Part shown: positions 39,976 to 50,663 of the stretch, one piece after another | Layout: every line of letters begins with the position of its first letter | Numbering within the stretch: position 1 is the first letter of the stretch | Source: a virus | Lineage: Duplodnaviria > Heunggongvirae > Uroviricota > Caudoviricetes | DNA length: 51,596 nt | Strand: one strand, 5' to 3' | Virus record (IMG/VR): IMGVR_UViG_2718218098_000003 | Made by a program: the position numbers and the translations under genes | The notes under the pieces: model-generated | Database searches by the model: none | What the model was told of the DNA's origin: nothing | Seen by the model: only the letters and a program-made list of their open reading frames with translations

Positions 39976-40673
39976 TGCAGGATATCCGGCAGGAAACATT
40001 GAATGAATGCACCCGTGCGGAGCAGTCGGCCAGCGTGGTGCTCTGGGAAATCGACCTGACCGAGGTAGGCGGGGAACGCTACTTTTTCTGTAATGAGCAG
40101 AACGAAAAAGGTGAGCCGGTCACCTGGCAGGGGCGACAGTATCAGCCGTATCCCATTCAGGGGAGTGGTTTTGAACTGAATGGCAAAGGCACCAGTACGC
40201 GCCCCACACTGACGGTTTCTAACCTGTACGGTATGGTCACCGGGATGGCGGAAGATCTGCAGAGTCTGGTCGGCGGAACGGTGGTCCGGCGTAAGGTTTA
40301 CGCCCGTTTTCTGGATGCGGTGAACTTCGTCAACGGAAACAGTGACGCCGATCCGGAGCAGGAGGTGATCAGCCGCTGGCGCATCGAGCAGTGCAGCGAA
40401 CTGAGCGCGGTCAGTGCCTCCTTTGTGTTGTCCACGCCGACGGAAACGGATGGTGCTGTTTTTCCGGGGCGCATCATGCTGGCCAACACCTGCACCTGGA
40501 CCTATCGCGGTGATGAGTGCGGTTATAGCGGTCCGGCGGTCGCGGATGAATATGACCAGCCGACGTCCGATATCACGAAGGATAAATGCAGCAAATGCCT
40601 GAGCGGTTGTAAGTTCCGCAATAACGTCGGCAACTTTGGCGGCTTCCTTTCCATTAACAAACTTTCGCAGTAA
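39975..40673 (+). CDS. L: Tail tip protein L
   Basis: 232 aa, lambda gpL-like. Confidence 0.85.
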   Translation: MQDIRQETLNECTRAEQSASVVLWEIDLTEVGGERYFFCNEQNEKGEPVTWQGRQYQPYPIQGSGFELNGKGTSTRPTLTVSNLYGMVTGMAEDLQSLVGGTVVRRKVYARFLDAVNFVNGNSDADPEQEVISRWRIEQCSELSAVSASFVLSTPTETDGAVFPGRIMLANTCTWTYRGDECGYSGPAVADEYDQPTSDITKDKCSKCLSGCKFRNNVGNFGGFLSINKLSQ

Positions 40674-40678
40674 ATCCC

Positions 40679-41422
40679 ATGACACAGACAGAATCAGCGA
40701 TTCTGGCGCACGCCCGGCGATGTGCGCCAGCGGAGTCGTGCGGCTTCGTGGTAAGCACGCCGGAGGGGGAAAGATATTTCCCCTGCGTGAATATCTCCGG
40801 TGAGCCGGAGGCGTATTTCCGTATGTCGCCGGAAGACTGGCTGCAGGCAGAAATGCAGGGTGAGATTGTGGCGCTGGTCCACAGCCACCCCGGTGGTCTG
40901 CCCTGGCTGAGTGAGGCCGACCGGCGGCTGCAGGTACAGAGTGATTTGCCGTGGTGGCTGGTCTGCCGGGGGGCGATTCATAAATTCCGCTGTGTGCCGC
41001 ATCTCACCGGGCGGCGCTTTGAGCACGGGGTGACGGACTGTTACACGCTGTTCCGGGACGCTTACCATCTGGCGGGAATTGAGATGCCGGATTTTCATCG
41101 CGGGGATGACTGGTGGCGTCACGGCCAGAATCTCTATCTGGATAATCTGGAGGCCACAGGGCTGTATCAGGTGCCGTTGTCATCAGCACAACCGGGCGAT
41201 GTGCTGCTGTGCTGTTTTGGTTCATCGGTGCCGAATCATGCCGCCATTTACTGTGGTGACGGCGGGCTGCTGCACCATATTCCTGAACAACTGAGCAAAC
41301 GAGAGAGGTATACCGACAAATGGCAGCGACGCACACACTCCCTCTGGCGTCACCGGGCATGGCGCGCATCTGCCTTTACGGGGATTTACAACGATTTGGC
41401 CGCCGCATCGACCTTCGTGTGA
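40679..41422 (+). CDS. K: Tail tip assembly protein K (MPN/JAB + NlpC/P60-like)
   Basis: 247 aa; HSHPGG JAB-type motif; lambda gpK-like. Confidence 0.85.
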   Translation: MTQTESAILAHARRCAPAESCGFVVSTPEGERYFPCVNISGEPEAYFRMSPEDWLQAEMQGEIVALVHSHPGGLPWLSEADRRLQVQSDLPWWLVCRGAIHKFRCVPHLTGRRFEHGVTDCYTLFRDAYHLAGIEMPDFHRGDDWWRHGQNLYLDNLEATGLYQVPLSSAQPGDVLLCCFGSSVPNHAAIYCGDGGLLHHIPEQLSKRERYTDKWQRRTHSLWRHRAWRASAFTGIYNDLAAASTFV

Positions 41423-41992
41423 AAACGGGGGCTGAAGCTATCCGCGCACTGGCCACACAGCTCCCGGCGTTTCGTCAGAAACTGAGCAACGGCTGGTATC
41501 AGGTACGGATTGCCGGGCGGGACGTCAGCACGTCCGGGTTAACGGCGCAGTTACATGAGACTCTGCCTGATGGCGCTGTGATTCATATTGTTCCCAGAGT
41601 CGCCGGGGCCAAGTCAGGTGGCGTATTCCAGATTGTCCTGGGGGCTGCCGCCATTGCCGGATCATTCTTTACCGCCGGAGCCACCCTTGCAGCATGGGGG
41701 GGCAGCCATTGGGGCCGGTGGTATGACCGGCATCCTGTTTTCTCTCGGTGCCAGTATGGTGCTCGGTGGTGTGGCGCAGATGCTGGCACCGAAAGCCAGA
41801 ACTCCCCGTACACAGACAACGGATAACGGTAAGCAGAACACCTATTTCTCCTCACTGGATAACATGGTTGCCCAGGGCAATGTTCTGCCTGTTCTGTACG
41901 GGGAAATGCGCGTGGGGTCACGCGTGGTTTCTCAGGAGATCAGCACGGCAGACGAAGGGGACGGTGGTCAGGTTGTGGTGATTGGTCGCTGA
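41320..41992 (+). pseudogene. I: Tail assembly protein I, disrupted by +1 frameshift in a G7 tract (41696-41702)
   Basis: ORFs 41320-41826 and 41588-41992 join into one gpI-like protein if one G is removed. Confidence 0.6.
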
Positions 41993-42012
41993 TGCAAAAT
42001 GTTTTATGTGAA

Positions 42013-42035
42013 ACCGCCTGCGGGCGGTTTTGTCA
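42013..42035 (+). terminator. Weak hairpin between I and J
   Basis: aaaccgcctgcgggcggttttgtcattt. Confidence 0.3.
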
Positions 42036-42052
42036 TTTATGGAGCGTGAGGA

Positions 42053-45000
42053 ATGGGTAAAGGAAGCAGTAAGGGGCATACCCCGCGCGAAGCGAAGGAC
42101 AACCTGAAGTCCACGCAGTTGCTGAGTGTGATCGATGCCATCAGCGAAGGGCCGGTTGAAGGTCCGGTGGATGGATTAAAAAGCGTGCTGCTGAACAGTA
42201 CGCCGGTGCTGGACACTGAGGGGAATACCAACATCTCCGGTGTCACGGTGGTGTTCCGTGCCGGTGAGCAGGAGCAGACACCGCCGGAGGGGTTTGAATC
42301 CTCCGGCTCCGAGACGGTGCTGGGTACGGAAGTGAAATATGACACGCCGATCACCCGCACCATCACGTCGGCAAACATCGACCGACTGCGCCTGACCTTT
42401 GGTGTGCAGGCACTGGTGGAAACCACCTCAAAGGGGGACCGGAATCCGTCGGAAGTCCGCCTGCTGGTTCAGATACAACGTAACGGTGGCTGGGTGACGG
42501 AAAAAGACATCACCATTAAGGGCAAAACCACCTCACAGTATCTGGCCTCGGTGGTGGTGGGTAACCTGCCGCCGCGCCCGTTTAATATCCGGATGCGCAG
42601 GCTGACGCCGGACAGCACCACAGACCAGCTGCAGAACAAAACGCTCTGGTCGTCATACACCGAAATCATCGATGTGAAACAGTGCCACCCGAACACGGCA
42701 CTGGTCGGCGTACAGGTGGATTCGGAGCAGTTCGGCAGCCAGCAGGTGAGCCGCACTTACCATTTCCGTGGGCGTATTCTGCAGGTGCCGTCGAACTATA
42801 ACCCGCAGACACGGCAATACAGCGGTATCTGGGACGGCACCCTCAAACCGGCATACAGCGACAACCCGGCCTGGTGTCTGTGGGATATGCTGACCCACCC
42901 GCGCTACGGCATGGGGAAACGTCTTGGTGCGGCAGATGTGGATAAATGGGCGCTGTATGTCATCGGCCAGTATAGTGACCAGTCAGTGCCGGACGGCTTT
43001 GGTGGCACGGAGCCGCGCATCACCTGTAATGCGTGGCTGACCACACAGCGCAAGGCGTGGGATGTTCTCAGTGATTTCTGCTCGGCGATGCGCTGTATGC
43101 CGGTATGGAACGGGCAGACGCTGACGTTCGTGCAGGACCGGCCGTCGGATAAGGTGTGGACCTATAACCGCAGTAATGTGGTGATGCCGGAGGATGGCGC
43201 GCCGTTCCGCTACAGCTTCAGCGCCCTGAAGGACCGCCATAATGCCGTTGAGGTGAACTGGATTGACCCGGATAACGGCTGGCAGACGGCGACAGAGCTT
43301 GTGGAGGACACGCAGGCCATTGCCCGTTACGGTCGTAACGTCACGAAGATGGATGCCTTTGGCTGTACCAGCCGGGGGCAGGCGCACCGCGCCGGGCTGT
43401 GGCTGATTAAAACGGAGCTGCTGGAAACGCAGACCGTGGACTTCAGCGTGGGTGCCGAAGGGCTTCGCCATGTACCGGGCGATGTCATTGAAATCTGCGA
43501 TGATGACTATGCCGGTATCAGCACCGGTGGTCGCGTGCTGGCGGTGAACAGCCAGACCCGGACGCTGACGCTCGACCGTGAAATCACGCTGCCATCCTCC
43601 GGCACCACGCTGATAAGCCTGGTTGACGGAAATGGCAATCCGGTCAGCGTGGAGGTTCAGTCCGTCACCGACGGCGTGAAGGTGAAAGTGAGCCGGGTTC
43701 CTGACGGCGTTGCTGAATACAGCGTGTGGGGGCTGAAGCTGCCGACGCTGCGCCAGCGCCTGTTCCGCTGCGTGAGTATCCGTGAGAACGACGACGGCAC
43801 GTATGCCATCACCGCCGTGCAGCATGTACCGGAAAAAGAGGCCATCGTGGATAACGGGGCGCACTTTGACGGCGACCAGAGCGGCACGGTGAATGGTGTC
43901 ACGCCGCCAGCGGTGCAGCACCTGACTGCCGAAGTCACCGCAGACAGCGGGGAATATCAGGTGCTGGCCCGCTGGGACACGCCGAAGGTGGTGAAGGGCG
44001 TGAGCTTCCTGCTTCGCCTGACCGTGGCAGCGGATGACGGCAGTGAGCGGCTGGTCAGCACGGCCCGGACGACGGAAACCACATACCGCTTCAGGCAGCT
44101 GGCGCTGGGGCGTTACATGCTGACGGTCCGGGCGGTAAATGCGTGGGGGCTGCAGGGCGATCCGGCATCGGTATCGTTCCGGATTGCCGCACCGGCAGTG
44201 CCGTCGCGGATTGAGCTGACGCCGGGCTATTTTCAGATAACCGCCACGCCGCATCTTGCCGTTTATGACCCGACGGTACAGTTTGAGTTCTGGTTCTCGG
44301 AAACGCGGATTACCGATATCAGGCAGGTAGAAACCACAGCCCGCTATCTTGGTACGGCGCTATACTGGATAGCCGCCAGTATCAATATCAAACCGGGCCA
44401 TGATTATTACTTTTATATCCGCAGTGTGAACACCGTTGGCAAATCGGCATTCGTGGAGGCCGTCGGTCGGGCGAGCGATGATGCGGAAGGTTACCTGGAT
44501 TTTTTCAAAGGCAAGATAACCGAATCCCATCTCGCCAAGGAGCTGCTGGAAAAAGTTGATCTGACGGAGGATAACGCCAGCAGACTGGAGCAGTTTTCGA
44601 AAGCGTGGAAGGACGCTAACGATAAATGGAATGCGATGTGGGGCGTCAAAATTGAGCAGACCAAAGACGGCAAACATTATGTCGCGGGTATTGGCCTCAG
44701 CATGGAGGACACGGAGGAAGGCAAGCTGAGCCAGTTTCTGGTTGCCGCTAACCGTATCGCGTTTATTGACCCGGCAAACGGGAATGAAACGCCGATGTTT
44801 GTGGCGCAGGGCAACCAGATATTCATGAACGACGTGTTCCTGAAGCGCCTGACAGCCCCCGCCATTACCAGCGGTGGCAGTCCTCCGGTATTTTCCCTGA
44901 CATCAGACGGAAAGCTGACCGCTAAAAATGCGGATATCAGTGGTAGTGTGAATGCGAACTCAGGAACGCTCAACAATGTCACGATTAACCAGAACTGTAC

Positions 45001-45466
45001 GATTAAGGGCATGCTGGAGGCGACCCAGGTCAGAGGGGATTTCGTTAAAGCTGTATCAAAAGCCTTCCCGAAAAAAGTCGGTACGTGGGGTAACACGGAA
45101 ACACCAGACGGTACGGTTACAGTCACCATCAGCGATGATCATAACTTTGACCGCCAGATTATTATTCCGCCCATTATTTTTAACGGTATAGCGTATGACG
45201 ATCCGGGGAGCGGAAATAACCCGGGAGGCACGCGATACACGGGTTATGGTTTTGAAGTTCGCAAAAACGGCGTATTAATCGCATCCAGAGAAACTAAAGG
45301 GGCCATTCCCGGTAGTTACAGTGCAGTTATTGATATGCCTAGTGGTGGTGGTAGCGTCACTCTGGAGTTTAAGATTTTCCAGAAAGGCAATCAGGGGGCA
45401 GGCAATATCACCGACTGTACGGTGATTGTGACCAAAAAAGCGGCTTCCGGCATCAGTATTCGTTGA
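42053..45466 (+). CDS. J: Host specificity / central tail fibre protein J
   Basis: 1137 aa, lambda gpJ-like over full length. Confidence 0.9.
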   Translation: MGKGSSKGHTPREAKDNLKSTQLLSVIDAISEGPVEGPVDGLKSVLLNSTPVLDTEGNTNISGVTVVFRAGEQEQTPPEGFESSGSETVLGTEVKYDTPITRTITSANIDRLRLTFGVQALVETTSKGDRNPSEVRLLVQIQRNGGWVTEKDITIKGKTTSQYLASVVVGNLPPRPFNIRMRRLTPDSTTDQLQNKTLWSSYTEIIDVKQCHPNTALVGVQVDSEQFGSQQVSRTYHFRGRILQVPSNYNPQTRQYSGIWDGTLKPAYSDNPAWCLWDMLTHPRYGMGKRLGAADVDKWALYVIGQYSDQSVPDGFGGTEPRITCNAWLTTQRKAWDVLSDFCSAMRCMPVWNGQTLTFVQDRPSDKVWTYNRSNVVMPEDGAPFRYSFSALKDRHNAVEVNWIDPDNGWQTATELVEDTQAIARYGRNVTKMDAFGCTSRGQAHRAGLWLIKTELLETQTVDFSVGAEGLRHVPGDVIEICDDDYAGISTGGRVLAVNSQTRTLTLDREITLPSSGTTLISLVDGNGNPVSVEVQSVTDGVKVKVSRVPDGVAEYSVWGLKLPTLRQRLFRCVSIRENDDGTYAITAVQHVPEKEAIVDNGAHFDGDQSGTVNGVTPPAVQHLTAEVTADSGEYQVLARWDTPKVVKGVSFLLRLTVAADDGSERLVSTARTTETTYRFRQLALGRYMLTVRAVNAWGLQGDPASVSFRIAAPAVPSRIELTPGYFQITATPHLAVYDPTVQFEFWFSETRITDIRQVETTARYLGTALYWIAASINIKPGHDYYFYIRSVNTVGKSAFVEAVGRASDDAEGYLDFFKGKITESHLAKELLEKVDLTEDNASRLEQFSKAWKDANDKWNAMWGVKIEQTKDGKHYVAGIGLSMEDTEEGKLSQFLVAANRIAFIDPANGNETPMFVAQGNQIFMNDVFLKRLTAPAITSGGSPPVFSLTSDGKLTAKNADISGSVNANSGTLNNVTINQNCTIKGMLEATQVRGDFVKAVSKAFPKKVGTWGNTETPDGTVTVTISDDHNFDRQIIIPPIIFNGIAYDDPGSGNNPGGTRYTGYGFEVRKNGVLIASRETKGAIPGSYSAVIDMPSGGGSVTLEFKIFQKGNQGAGNITDCTVIVTKKAASGISIR

Positions 45467-45488
45467 AATATTTATAACCCCAATAAAT

Positions 45489-45512
45489 GGCGTCAGGAAT
45501 GACGCCTTTTTT
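45489..45512 (+). terminator. Intrinsic terminator after J
   Basis: ggcgtcaggaatgacgcc + tttttt. Confidence 0.6.
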
Positions 45513-45536
45513 ATTGCAGAAAAGCGAGAGGTAATT

Positions 45537-46136
45537 ATGCGTAAAGTTTGTGCCGCCATTTTGTCCGCAGCCATTTGTCTGGCCGTATCCGGTGCGCCTG
45601 CATGGGCGTCTGAACATCAGTCCACGCTGAGCGCGGGGTATCTTCATGCCCGGACCAACGTTCCCGGCAGTGATGATCTGAACGGGATTAACGTGAAATA
45701 CCGTTATGAGTTTACGGATACGCTGGGGCTGGTGACGTCATTCAGCTATGCAGGAGACAAGAATCGCCAGCTGACCCATTACAGCGATACCCGCTGGCAT
45801 GAAGATTCCGTTCGTAACCGCTGGTTCAGCGTAATGGCGGGGCCGTCTGTGCGCGTGAATGAATGGTTCAGCGCGTATGCGATGGCGGGTGTGGCTTACA
45901 GCCGTGTGTCGACTTTCTCCGGGGATTATCTCCGCGTAACTGACAACAAGGGGAAAACGCACGACGTGCTGACCGGAAGTGATGACGGTCGCCACAGCAA
46001 CACGTCTCTGGCGTGGGGAGCTGGCGTGCAGTTTAACCCGACCGAATCCGTGGCCATTGATATTGCTTATGAAGGCTCCGGCAGTGGCGACTGGCGCACT
46101 GACGGTTTCATCGTGGGTGTCGGTTATAAGTTCTGA
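45537..46136 (+). CDS. lom: Outer-membrane protein Lom (Ail/Lom family)
   Basis: 199 aa, signal peptide, C-terminal AYEGSGSGDWRTDGFIVGVGYKF. Confidence 0.85.
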   Translation: MRKVCAAILSAAICLAVSGAPAWASEHQSTLSAGYLHARTNVPGSDDLNGINVKYRYEFTDTLGLVTSFSYAGDKNRQLTHYSDTRWHEDSVRNRWFSVMAGPSVRVNEWFSAYAMAGVAYSRVSTFSGDYLRVTDNKGKTHDVLTGSDDGRHSNTSLAWGAGVQFNPTESVAIDIAYEGSGSGDWRTDGFIVGVGYKF

Positions 46137-46162
46137 TTAGCCAGGTAACACAGTGTTATGAC

Positions 46163-46189
46163 AGCCCGCCGGTTCAGGCGGGCTTTTTT
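46163..46189 (+). terminator. Intrinsic terminator after lom
   Basis: agcccgccggttcaggcgggctttttt. Confidence 0.65.
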
Positions 46190-46200
46190 GTGGGGTGAAT

Positions 46201-47370
46201 ATGGCAGTAAAGATTTCAGGTGTACTGAAAGACGGTACAGGAAAAGCGGTGCCGGGATGTGTCATCCGGCTGAAGGCAAAACGGACCAGTGCCACAGTGA
46301 TAGTGCATACCGTGGCCTCCTGTGAACCCGGTGATGCCGGTCGCTACAGTATGTCAGTGGAGCCGGGGAATTACAGCGTCATTCTGCAGACAGAAGGGTA
46401 TCCGCCGGTGTATGCCGGAGAGATAACCGTCAGTGAAAAATCCCGTGCAGGGACGCTGAATGAGTTTTTGCTGAATGAAGAAACGGCGGCGGAATATCCC
46501 AGAGCACTGGCAGAGCTGGAGGCCGTTGCTGCAGAAATCCTTGAACGGGCACGCGGGAGTGAATCCCGTGCGGAAGAAGCAGCCCGACGGGCAGAAAATG
46601 CACGGGGGCCGAAGGGGGACAAAGGGAATACGGGACCGCAGGGGCAGCCAGGACCGAAAGGTGACCGGGGTGAGACCGGCCCCAGAGGGGAGCGGGGCAT
46701 GACAGGTGCACAGGGTGTACCGGGACCCAGGGGTGAGCGGGGCGAAAAAGGGGAAAAAGGTGACCCCGGCGGCCCGCAGGGTCCCCGGGGGGACACCGGT
46801 CCGGCGGGGCCACAGGGACCCAGAGGTGATACCGGAGAGCGGGGAGTACCAGGACCTCAGGGGCCGAAAGGCGACGCAGGGCCAAAGGGTGAGCCTGGTC
46901 CGAAAGGCGACACAGGTCCGAAGGGTGAACGGGGACCAAAAGGCGACACAGGTCCGAAGGGTGAACAGGGGCTGAAAGGCGACACCGGTCCGGCAGGGCC
47001 ACGTGGTCCCAGAGGTGATACGGGACCCGCGGGTCCACGTGGGCCAGCTGGCAGTGATAATGCTTACAGCAGGGCAGAGTCGGATGCCCGCTACCGTAAT
47101 ACCGGCGAGGGAGGGATTAATGGCTGGGAGCGGGATACGGCTACAGGGATTATGAGACAGTGGGGTGTGTTTGCCGTTGCAGGTCGTTACGGTAACCAGT
47201 GTCGTTTTCCTGTTCCGTTTCCTCAGGGACCGTGGAATATCCAGCTGACAGTAAAGGACGATTTATCAGCAACCGTGCCGTGCGTGATGAGTATGACAGA
47301 CAGCGGGTTTACCGTTGGCACCATAAATGAATGGTTTGGTGAGGTTTACTGGTATGCAACAGGATGTTAA
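46201..47370 (+). CDS. stf: Side tail fibre protein with collagen-like Gly-X-Y repeats
   Basis: N-terminus [20 protein letters not shown] (stf-type); ~160 aa of GxY triplets ([26 protein letters not shown]...). Confidence 0.8.
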   Translation: MAVKISGVLKDGTGKAVPGCVIRLKAKRTSATVIVHTVASCEPGDAGRYSMSVEPGNYSVILQTEGYPPVYAGEITVSEKSRAGTLNEFLLNEETAAEYPRALAELEAVAAEILERARGSESRAEEAARRAENARGPKGDKGNTGPQGQPGPKGDRGETGPRGERGMTGAQGVPGPRGERGEKGEKGDPGGPQGPRGDTGPAGPQGPRGDTGERGVPGPQGPKGDAGPKGEPGPKGDTGPKGERGPKGDTGPKGEQGLKGDTGPAGPRGPRGDTGPAGPRGPAGSDNAYSRAESDARYRNTGEGGINGWERDTATGIMRQWGVFAVAGRYGNQCRFPVPFPQGPWNIQLTVKDDLSATVPCVMSMTDSGFTVGTINEWFGEVYWYATGC

Positions 47371-47380
47371 AGGAGAGAAC

Positions 47381-47920
47381 ATGGGTAAATATATTTACTC
47401 ACCATCACGTAACCTGTTTTATCCGGTTGCACTGAAGGCGGTTTATGAACACGCCGGTCGCTGGCCGGAGGATGGCAGGGTGGTGGCTGATGAGGTGTAC
47501 CGTGAACAGACGGATGTGGTGACAGGAGAAAATGAAACAGCGGAGATTGCCCGTGAACGCAAGCTGGCAGAAATCAGCCGCTGGCGTGATGAACAGGAGA
47601 ATGCGGGGGTGATATTTGAGTGGCATGGGCACCGCTGGGATGGTGGTAAGGCTGCCCGCAGCCGTCTGTCTCCGGTTACAGCCGTGGCACAGTCGGGAGC
47701 ACTTCCTGAAGGTTTTTTCTGGACGGATGTGGATAACCGGGATGTGAGACTGACGGCGGAAGAACTGGTACAACTGGATGGCGCAATGCTGCAGGCAATG
47801 GTGATGCGGGGTTTTAAAATTCATGAGCGTCAGCGGCAGATGAAAGAGGCTGTTGAGCGTCTGACGGTGACAGAGGAAATTAACCGGTTTGTTGTCGGAT
47901 GGGAGGGAGATGATGAGTAA
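47381..47920 (+). CDS. tfa: Tail fibre assembly protein
   Basis: 179 aa, SD aggag; position after stf. Confidence 0.65.
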   Translation: MGKYIYSPSRNLFYPVALKAVYEHAGRWPEDGRVVADEVYREQTDVVTGENETAEIARERKLAEISRWRDEQENAGVIFEWHGHRWDGGKAARSRLSPVTAVAQSGALPEGFFWTDVDNRDVRLTAEELVQLDGAMLQAMVMRGFKIHERQRQMKEAVERLTVTEEINRFVVGWEGDDE

Positions 47921-48296
47921 ATTTACCACGCCCGCAGTACTGGAGATGCTCGGTGATTACCGCTGGCGGCTGGTTGAACCTTTTGAGTTCTGGCAGACAG
48001 AGCGTCCGGATGATGTGATATATGTACCGGAGGGGTACGTGACAGACCTTGCGAGCGTACCACGTATTCTGTGGTCCGTATTTCCGCCACACGGGCGTTA
48101 TGCCAAAGCGGCGATAATACATGACTGGCTGTACGACAATGCGCTCCGGACAAAGCGCGAAGCGGACAAGATATTTCTCGACGCGATGTGTGTTCTGGGT
48201 GTTCCCCGCTGGCGCAGGGTGCTGATGTATGCTGCCGTCAGGCTGTTTGGTCGGGGTAATTACGGAGAGGTACGGTATAAGCCACTGGAGAAATGA
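47910..48296 (+). CDS. DUF1353-type phage protein
   Basis: 128 aa; family name from memory of similar tail-fibre-adjacent proteins, not verified. Confidence 0.45.
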   Translation: MMSKFTTPAVLEMLGDYRWRLVEPFEFWQTERPDDVIYVPEGYVTDLASVPRILWSVFPPHGRYAKAAIIHDWLYDNALRTKREADKIFLDAMCVLGVPRWRRVLMYAAVRLFGRGNYGEVRYKPLEK

Positions 48297-48298
48297 AT

Positions 48299-48327
48299 AA
48301 AAAAAGCCCCCGCACGATGAACGGGGG
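48299..48327 (-). terminator. Minus-strand intrinsic terminator H1
   Basis: Plus strand aaaaaaagcccccgcacgatgaacggggg. Confidence 0.5.
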
Positions 48328-48417
48328 ATCGCAAAAACACGCCTTTAGGTGATTTATGAGTATACACTCCGGAAAGGGATACTACTGATTCCAAATAAAT
48401 AAAGCAATTAACGGAAT

Positions 48418-48544
48418 GTGAATTATTTAACTGAAACCGAGAAAAGGTTTTTATTTTAAATGTATATTATGATGAGCTAAAAATTAGCATGGTAATTAAA
48501 AGTTTGTAATATTTATAAATGCAATGAAAAGGAGTTGGTTTCGG
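48418..48544. repeat. AT-rich ~130-bp repeat, copy 1
   Basis: gtgaattatttaactgaaaccgagaaaagg...agcatggtaatta...aaaaggagttggtttcgg; ~80% identical to copy 3. Confidence 0.6.
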
Positions 48545-48578
48545 GGAACATCCGCCACGCTGGTATTATACCAGGGCA

Positions 48579-48764
48579 GCGATAATACATGACTGGCTGT
48601 ATGACAATGCGCTGAGGACAAAAGCGGAGGCAGACCGGATATTTCGAGACGCAATGAAGGTCCCGGGTATTCCCCGCTGGCGCAGGATATTGATGTATGC
48701 TGCCATCAGGCTGTTCGGTCGGGGTAATTATGGAGAGGTACGGTATAAGCCACTGGTGAATTGA
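48579..48764 (+). pseudogene. 3' fragment of a second DUF1353-type gene (no start codon)
   Basis: Translates AIIHDWLYDNALRTKAEADRIFRDAMKVPGIPRWRRILMYAAIRLFGRGNYGEVRYKPLVN, about 85% identical to the C-terminus of 47910-48296. Confidence 0.6.
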
Positions 48765-48765
48765 A

Positions 48766-48798
48766 TAAAAAAAGCCCCTGCACGGTGGTGAACAGGGG
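48766..48798 (-). terminator. Minus-strand intrinsic terminator H2
   Basis: Plus strand aaaaaaagcccctgcacggtggtgaacagggg. Confidence 0.5.
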
Positions 48799-48886
48799 TG
48801 CTAATAAAATTACTCTGTAATAACTGCATCTTATAAGGTAAACATCGTTATAGTATAAGGTATGTATAAAAAAAGCAATCGGCATA

Positions 48887-49015
48887 GTGTGAGTTATTTA
48901 AATGAAAATGAGAGATGACTTTAATTTGAATTGAATAATATAGCCGACTAAGAATTAGTCTTTCAATTAAAATGTTGCAATGTTTTTTAATGCAAAAAAG
49001 AACTGGTTTCGGTAA
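48887..49015. repeat. AT-rich ~130-bp repeat, copy 2 (more diverged)
   Basis: gtgtgagttatttaaatgaaaatgag...aactggtttcgg. Confidence 0.5.
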
Positions 49016-49033
49016 GCATCAGGAGAAAAAGGT

Positions 49034-49066
49034 AAAAAAAAGCCCCGCACAGAAAAAAAGAGGGGC
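49034..49066 (-). terminator. Minus-strand intrinsic terminator H3
   Basis: Plus strand aaaaaaaagccccgcacagaaaaaaagaggggc. Confidence 0.45.
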
Positions 49067-49146
49067 TGAGTCAAAATTATTCTGAAATTAATAAGGATAG
49101 TTCGCAAATTATATTACTGAATCTGAGTGAGCAGAGCAATTGTATG

Positions 49147-49277
49147 AGTGTGAATTATTTAACTGGAATCGAGAAAGGATTTTAATTTTAATTACATATT
49201 ATGACGAGCTACCAATTAGCATGGTAATTAATGATGCATGGCATTTTTAAATGCAATAAAAAGGAGTTGGCTCTATG
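49147..49277. repeat. AT-rich ~130-bp repeat, copy 3
   Basis: gtgtgaattatttaactggaatcgagaaagg...agcatggtaatta...aaaaggagttggctctatgg. Confidence 0.6.
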
Positions 49278-49294
49278 GAATGTCAGGAGAAAAA

Positions 49295-49326
49295 TAAAAA
49301 AAGCCCCGTGCAGACTGCACGGGGGG
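49295..49326 (-). terminator. Minus-strand intrinsic terminator H4
   Basis: Plus strand aaaaaaagccccgtgcagactgcacgggggg. Confidence 0.5.
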
Positions 49327-49706
49327 TCAAAAGAAGGCTTGCCCTATGCTATAGGAAGATTGTTGTAGTTTGTCCATGAAGATACAGGGGCAATATTACT
49401 AAAGGTCATGTTAAGAGGCAATCCAAAGAATGAAATTTTATGCCAGGTATGCTCCATGATAATTTAAGTTAAATTAATAAGGTAATTAATATGTTGATAA
49501 TCAATTTAAGACAAAAAAACCATGCAGCAAACGTACTGCATGGGATATCAAATGTAAGAGAGTAGTAATGTAGCGAAAAGATAATACAGGTATTTACAGA
49601 AAAATAAAACAAAGTGAATGCAACGTAGATTAATTAAATGATTTTTTCATCTTTTAACAATAAGAAGGGTGGCGACAGGCTACTGTGAAGTTGAGTGTGT
49701 CCGGAT

Positions 49707-49735
49707 AAAAAAATCCCCGTCAGCCTGCACGGGGA
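49707..49735 (-). terminator. Minus-strand intrinsic terminator H5
   Basis: Plus strand aaaaaaatccccgtcagcctgcacgggga. Confidence 0.45.
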
Positions 49736-49936
49736 TGAAAGTATCAGAAGTTACACCATTTTTTATTATTTATGGAGGTTACCACAAAGCATGTTACTTA
49801 ATGTTTTTTGAGAAGGCAATCACCTGTTCGAAAAAAATAACCTGAGCGCAGGAAATACATGCGAGAGTTATAAATGTCTGACTTCTTTATTTTAATTGAA
49901 ATAATTTGAAGTGAATTTATTAGGTAAATGTCAGCT

Positions 49937-49975
49937 AAAAAAAAAGCCCCATACAGATATGCTCAGTGTATGGGG
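49937..49975 (-). terminator. Minus-strand intrinsic terminator H6
   Basis: Plus strand aaaaaaaaagccccatacagatatgctcagtgtatgggg. Confidence 0.45.
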
Positions 49976-50503
49976 AAATCGGATTATAGAATCAAAAAAG
50001 AGGTTGTGATTTTGACGTATGAATAATACTGAAATTTTTTCACGGAAGAAAGCAAAATCTTCGTAGCGTGGAATGCAAGAAATATTATAAGTGCACAGCA
50101 GTATTCAGGATTAATAAGAATCTCTCGCGTTGGGGCACTTGCCATGCCTGAATTCAGATTGCTAATAATTCACCAGTACTGCCATAAATCGTAAAAAGAA
50201 CCGCAGACACGTCGCATACAGGAACGTGCCACGGCTGGCTGATGGACGTTCGATAGCGCGAGTTTGAATGAAAATCAGCCGGAGGTGATTTTACATAATT
50301 GTTGCGGAATCATTCAATATAGGGATTGCTTATTTCTGCCTGGATTGGTCTGAAATAGTCCCGAAATTTTCTCTAAAAAACTCGAAAAAAATGGTAACTA
50401 ATTGAATGCATTAATATGCAATGGTACGTGTTTGGGATTAAAAGATGAGCGTAATTTTGCTTAACACATTAATTTAAAAAGGGTTTCTTGTTTGTTGACG
50501 AAA

Positions 50504-50530
50504 ACAGGAATCGTGTTCGGTCTCTTTTTA
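50504..50530. repeat. attR core (direct repeat with 578-603)
   Basis: acaggaatcgtgttcggtctcttttta. Confidence 0.6.
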
Positions 50531-50663
50531 TCTGTTAAAAGCCAGAAGCATTTCCTTCGCTGACTTTATAGTCAACCATAACACACACTCTACTGTCTGA
50601 GTCCAGCGTTTTTTAACATTCTTGTTAAGATTATGTGATCTTTAGCGCGGGAGGAAAATATTG

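Noticed and set aside
42983-44254. 423-aa minus-strand ORF inside J
   Set aside because: Antisense shadow ORF of the GC-rich J gene; Arg/Pro/His-rich product typical of antisense translation
46371-47038. Minus-strand ORFs of 141 and 202 aa in the stf collagen-repeat region
   Set aside because: Produced by the periodic GxY-coding DNA read in reverse; no independent support
48297-49975. CRISPR-like array interpretation of the right-end hairpin repeats
   Set aside because: Hairpins are not identical direct repeats, spacing is irregular (200-470 bp), and no cas genes are present; they fit minus-strand terminators
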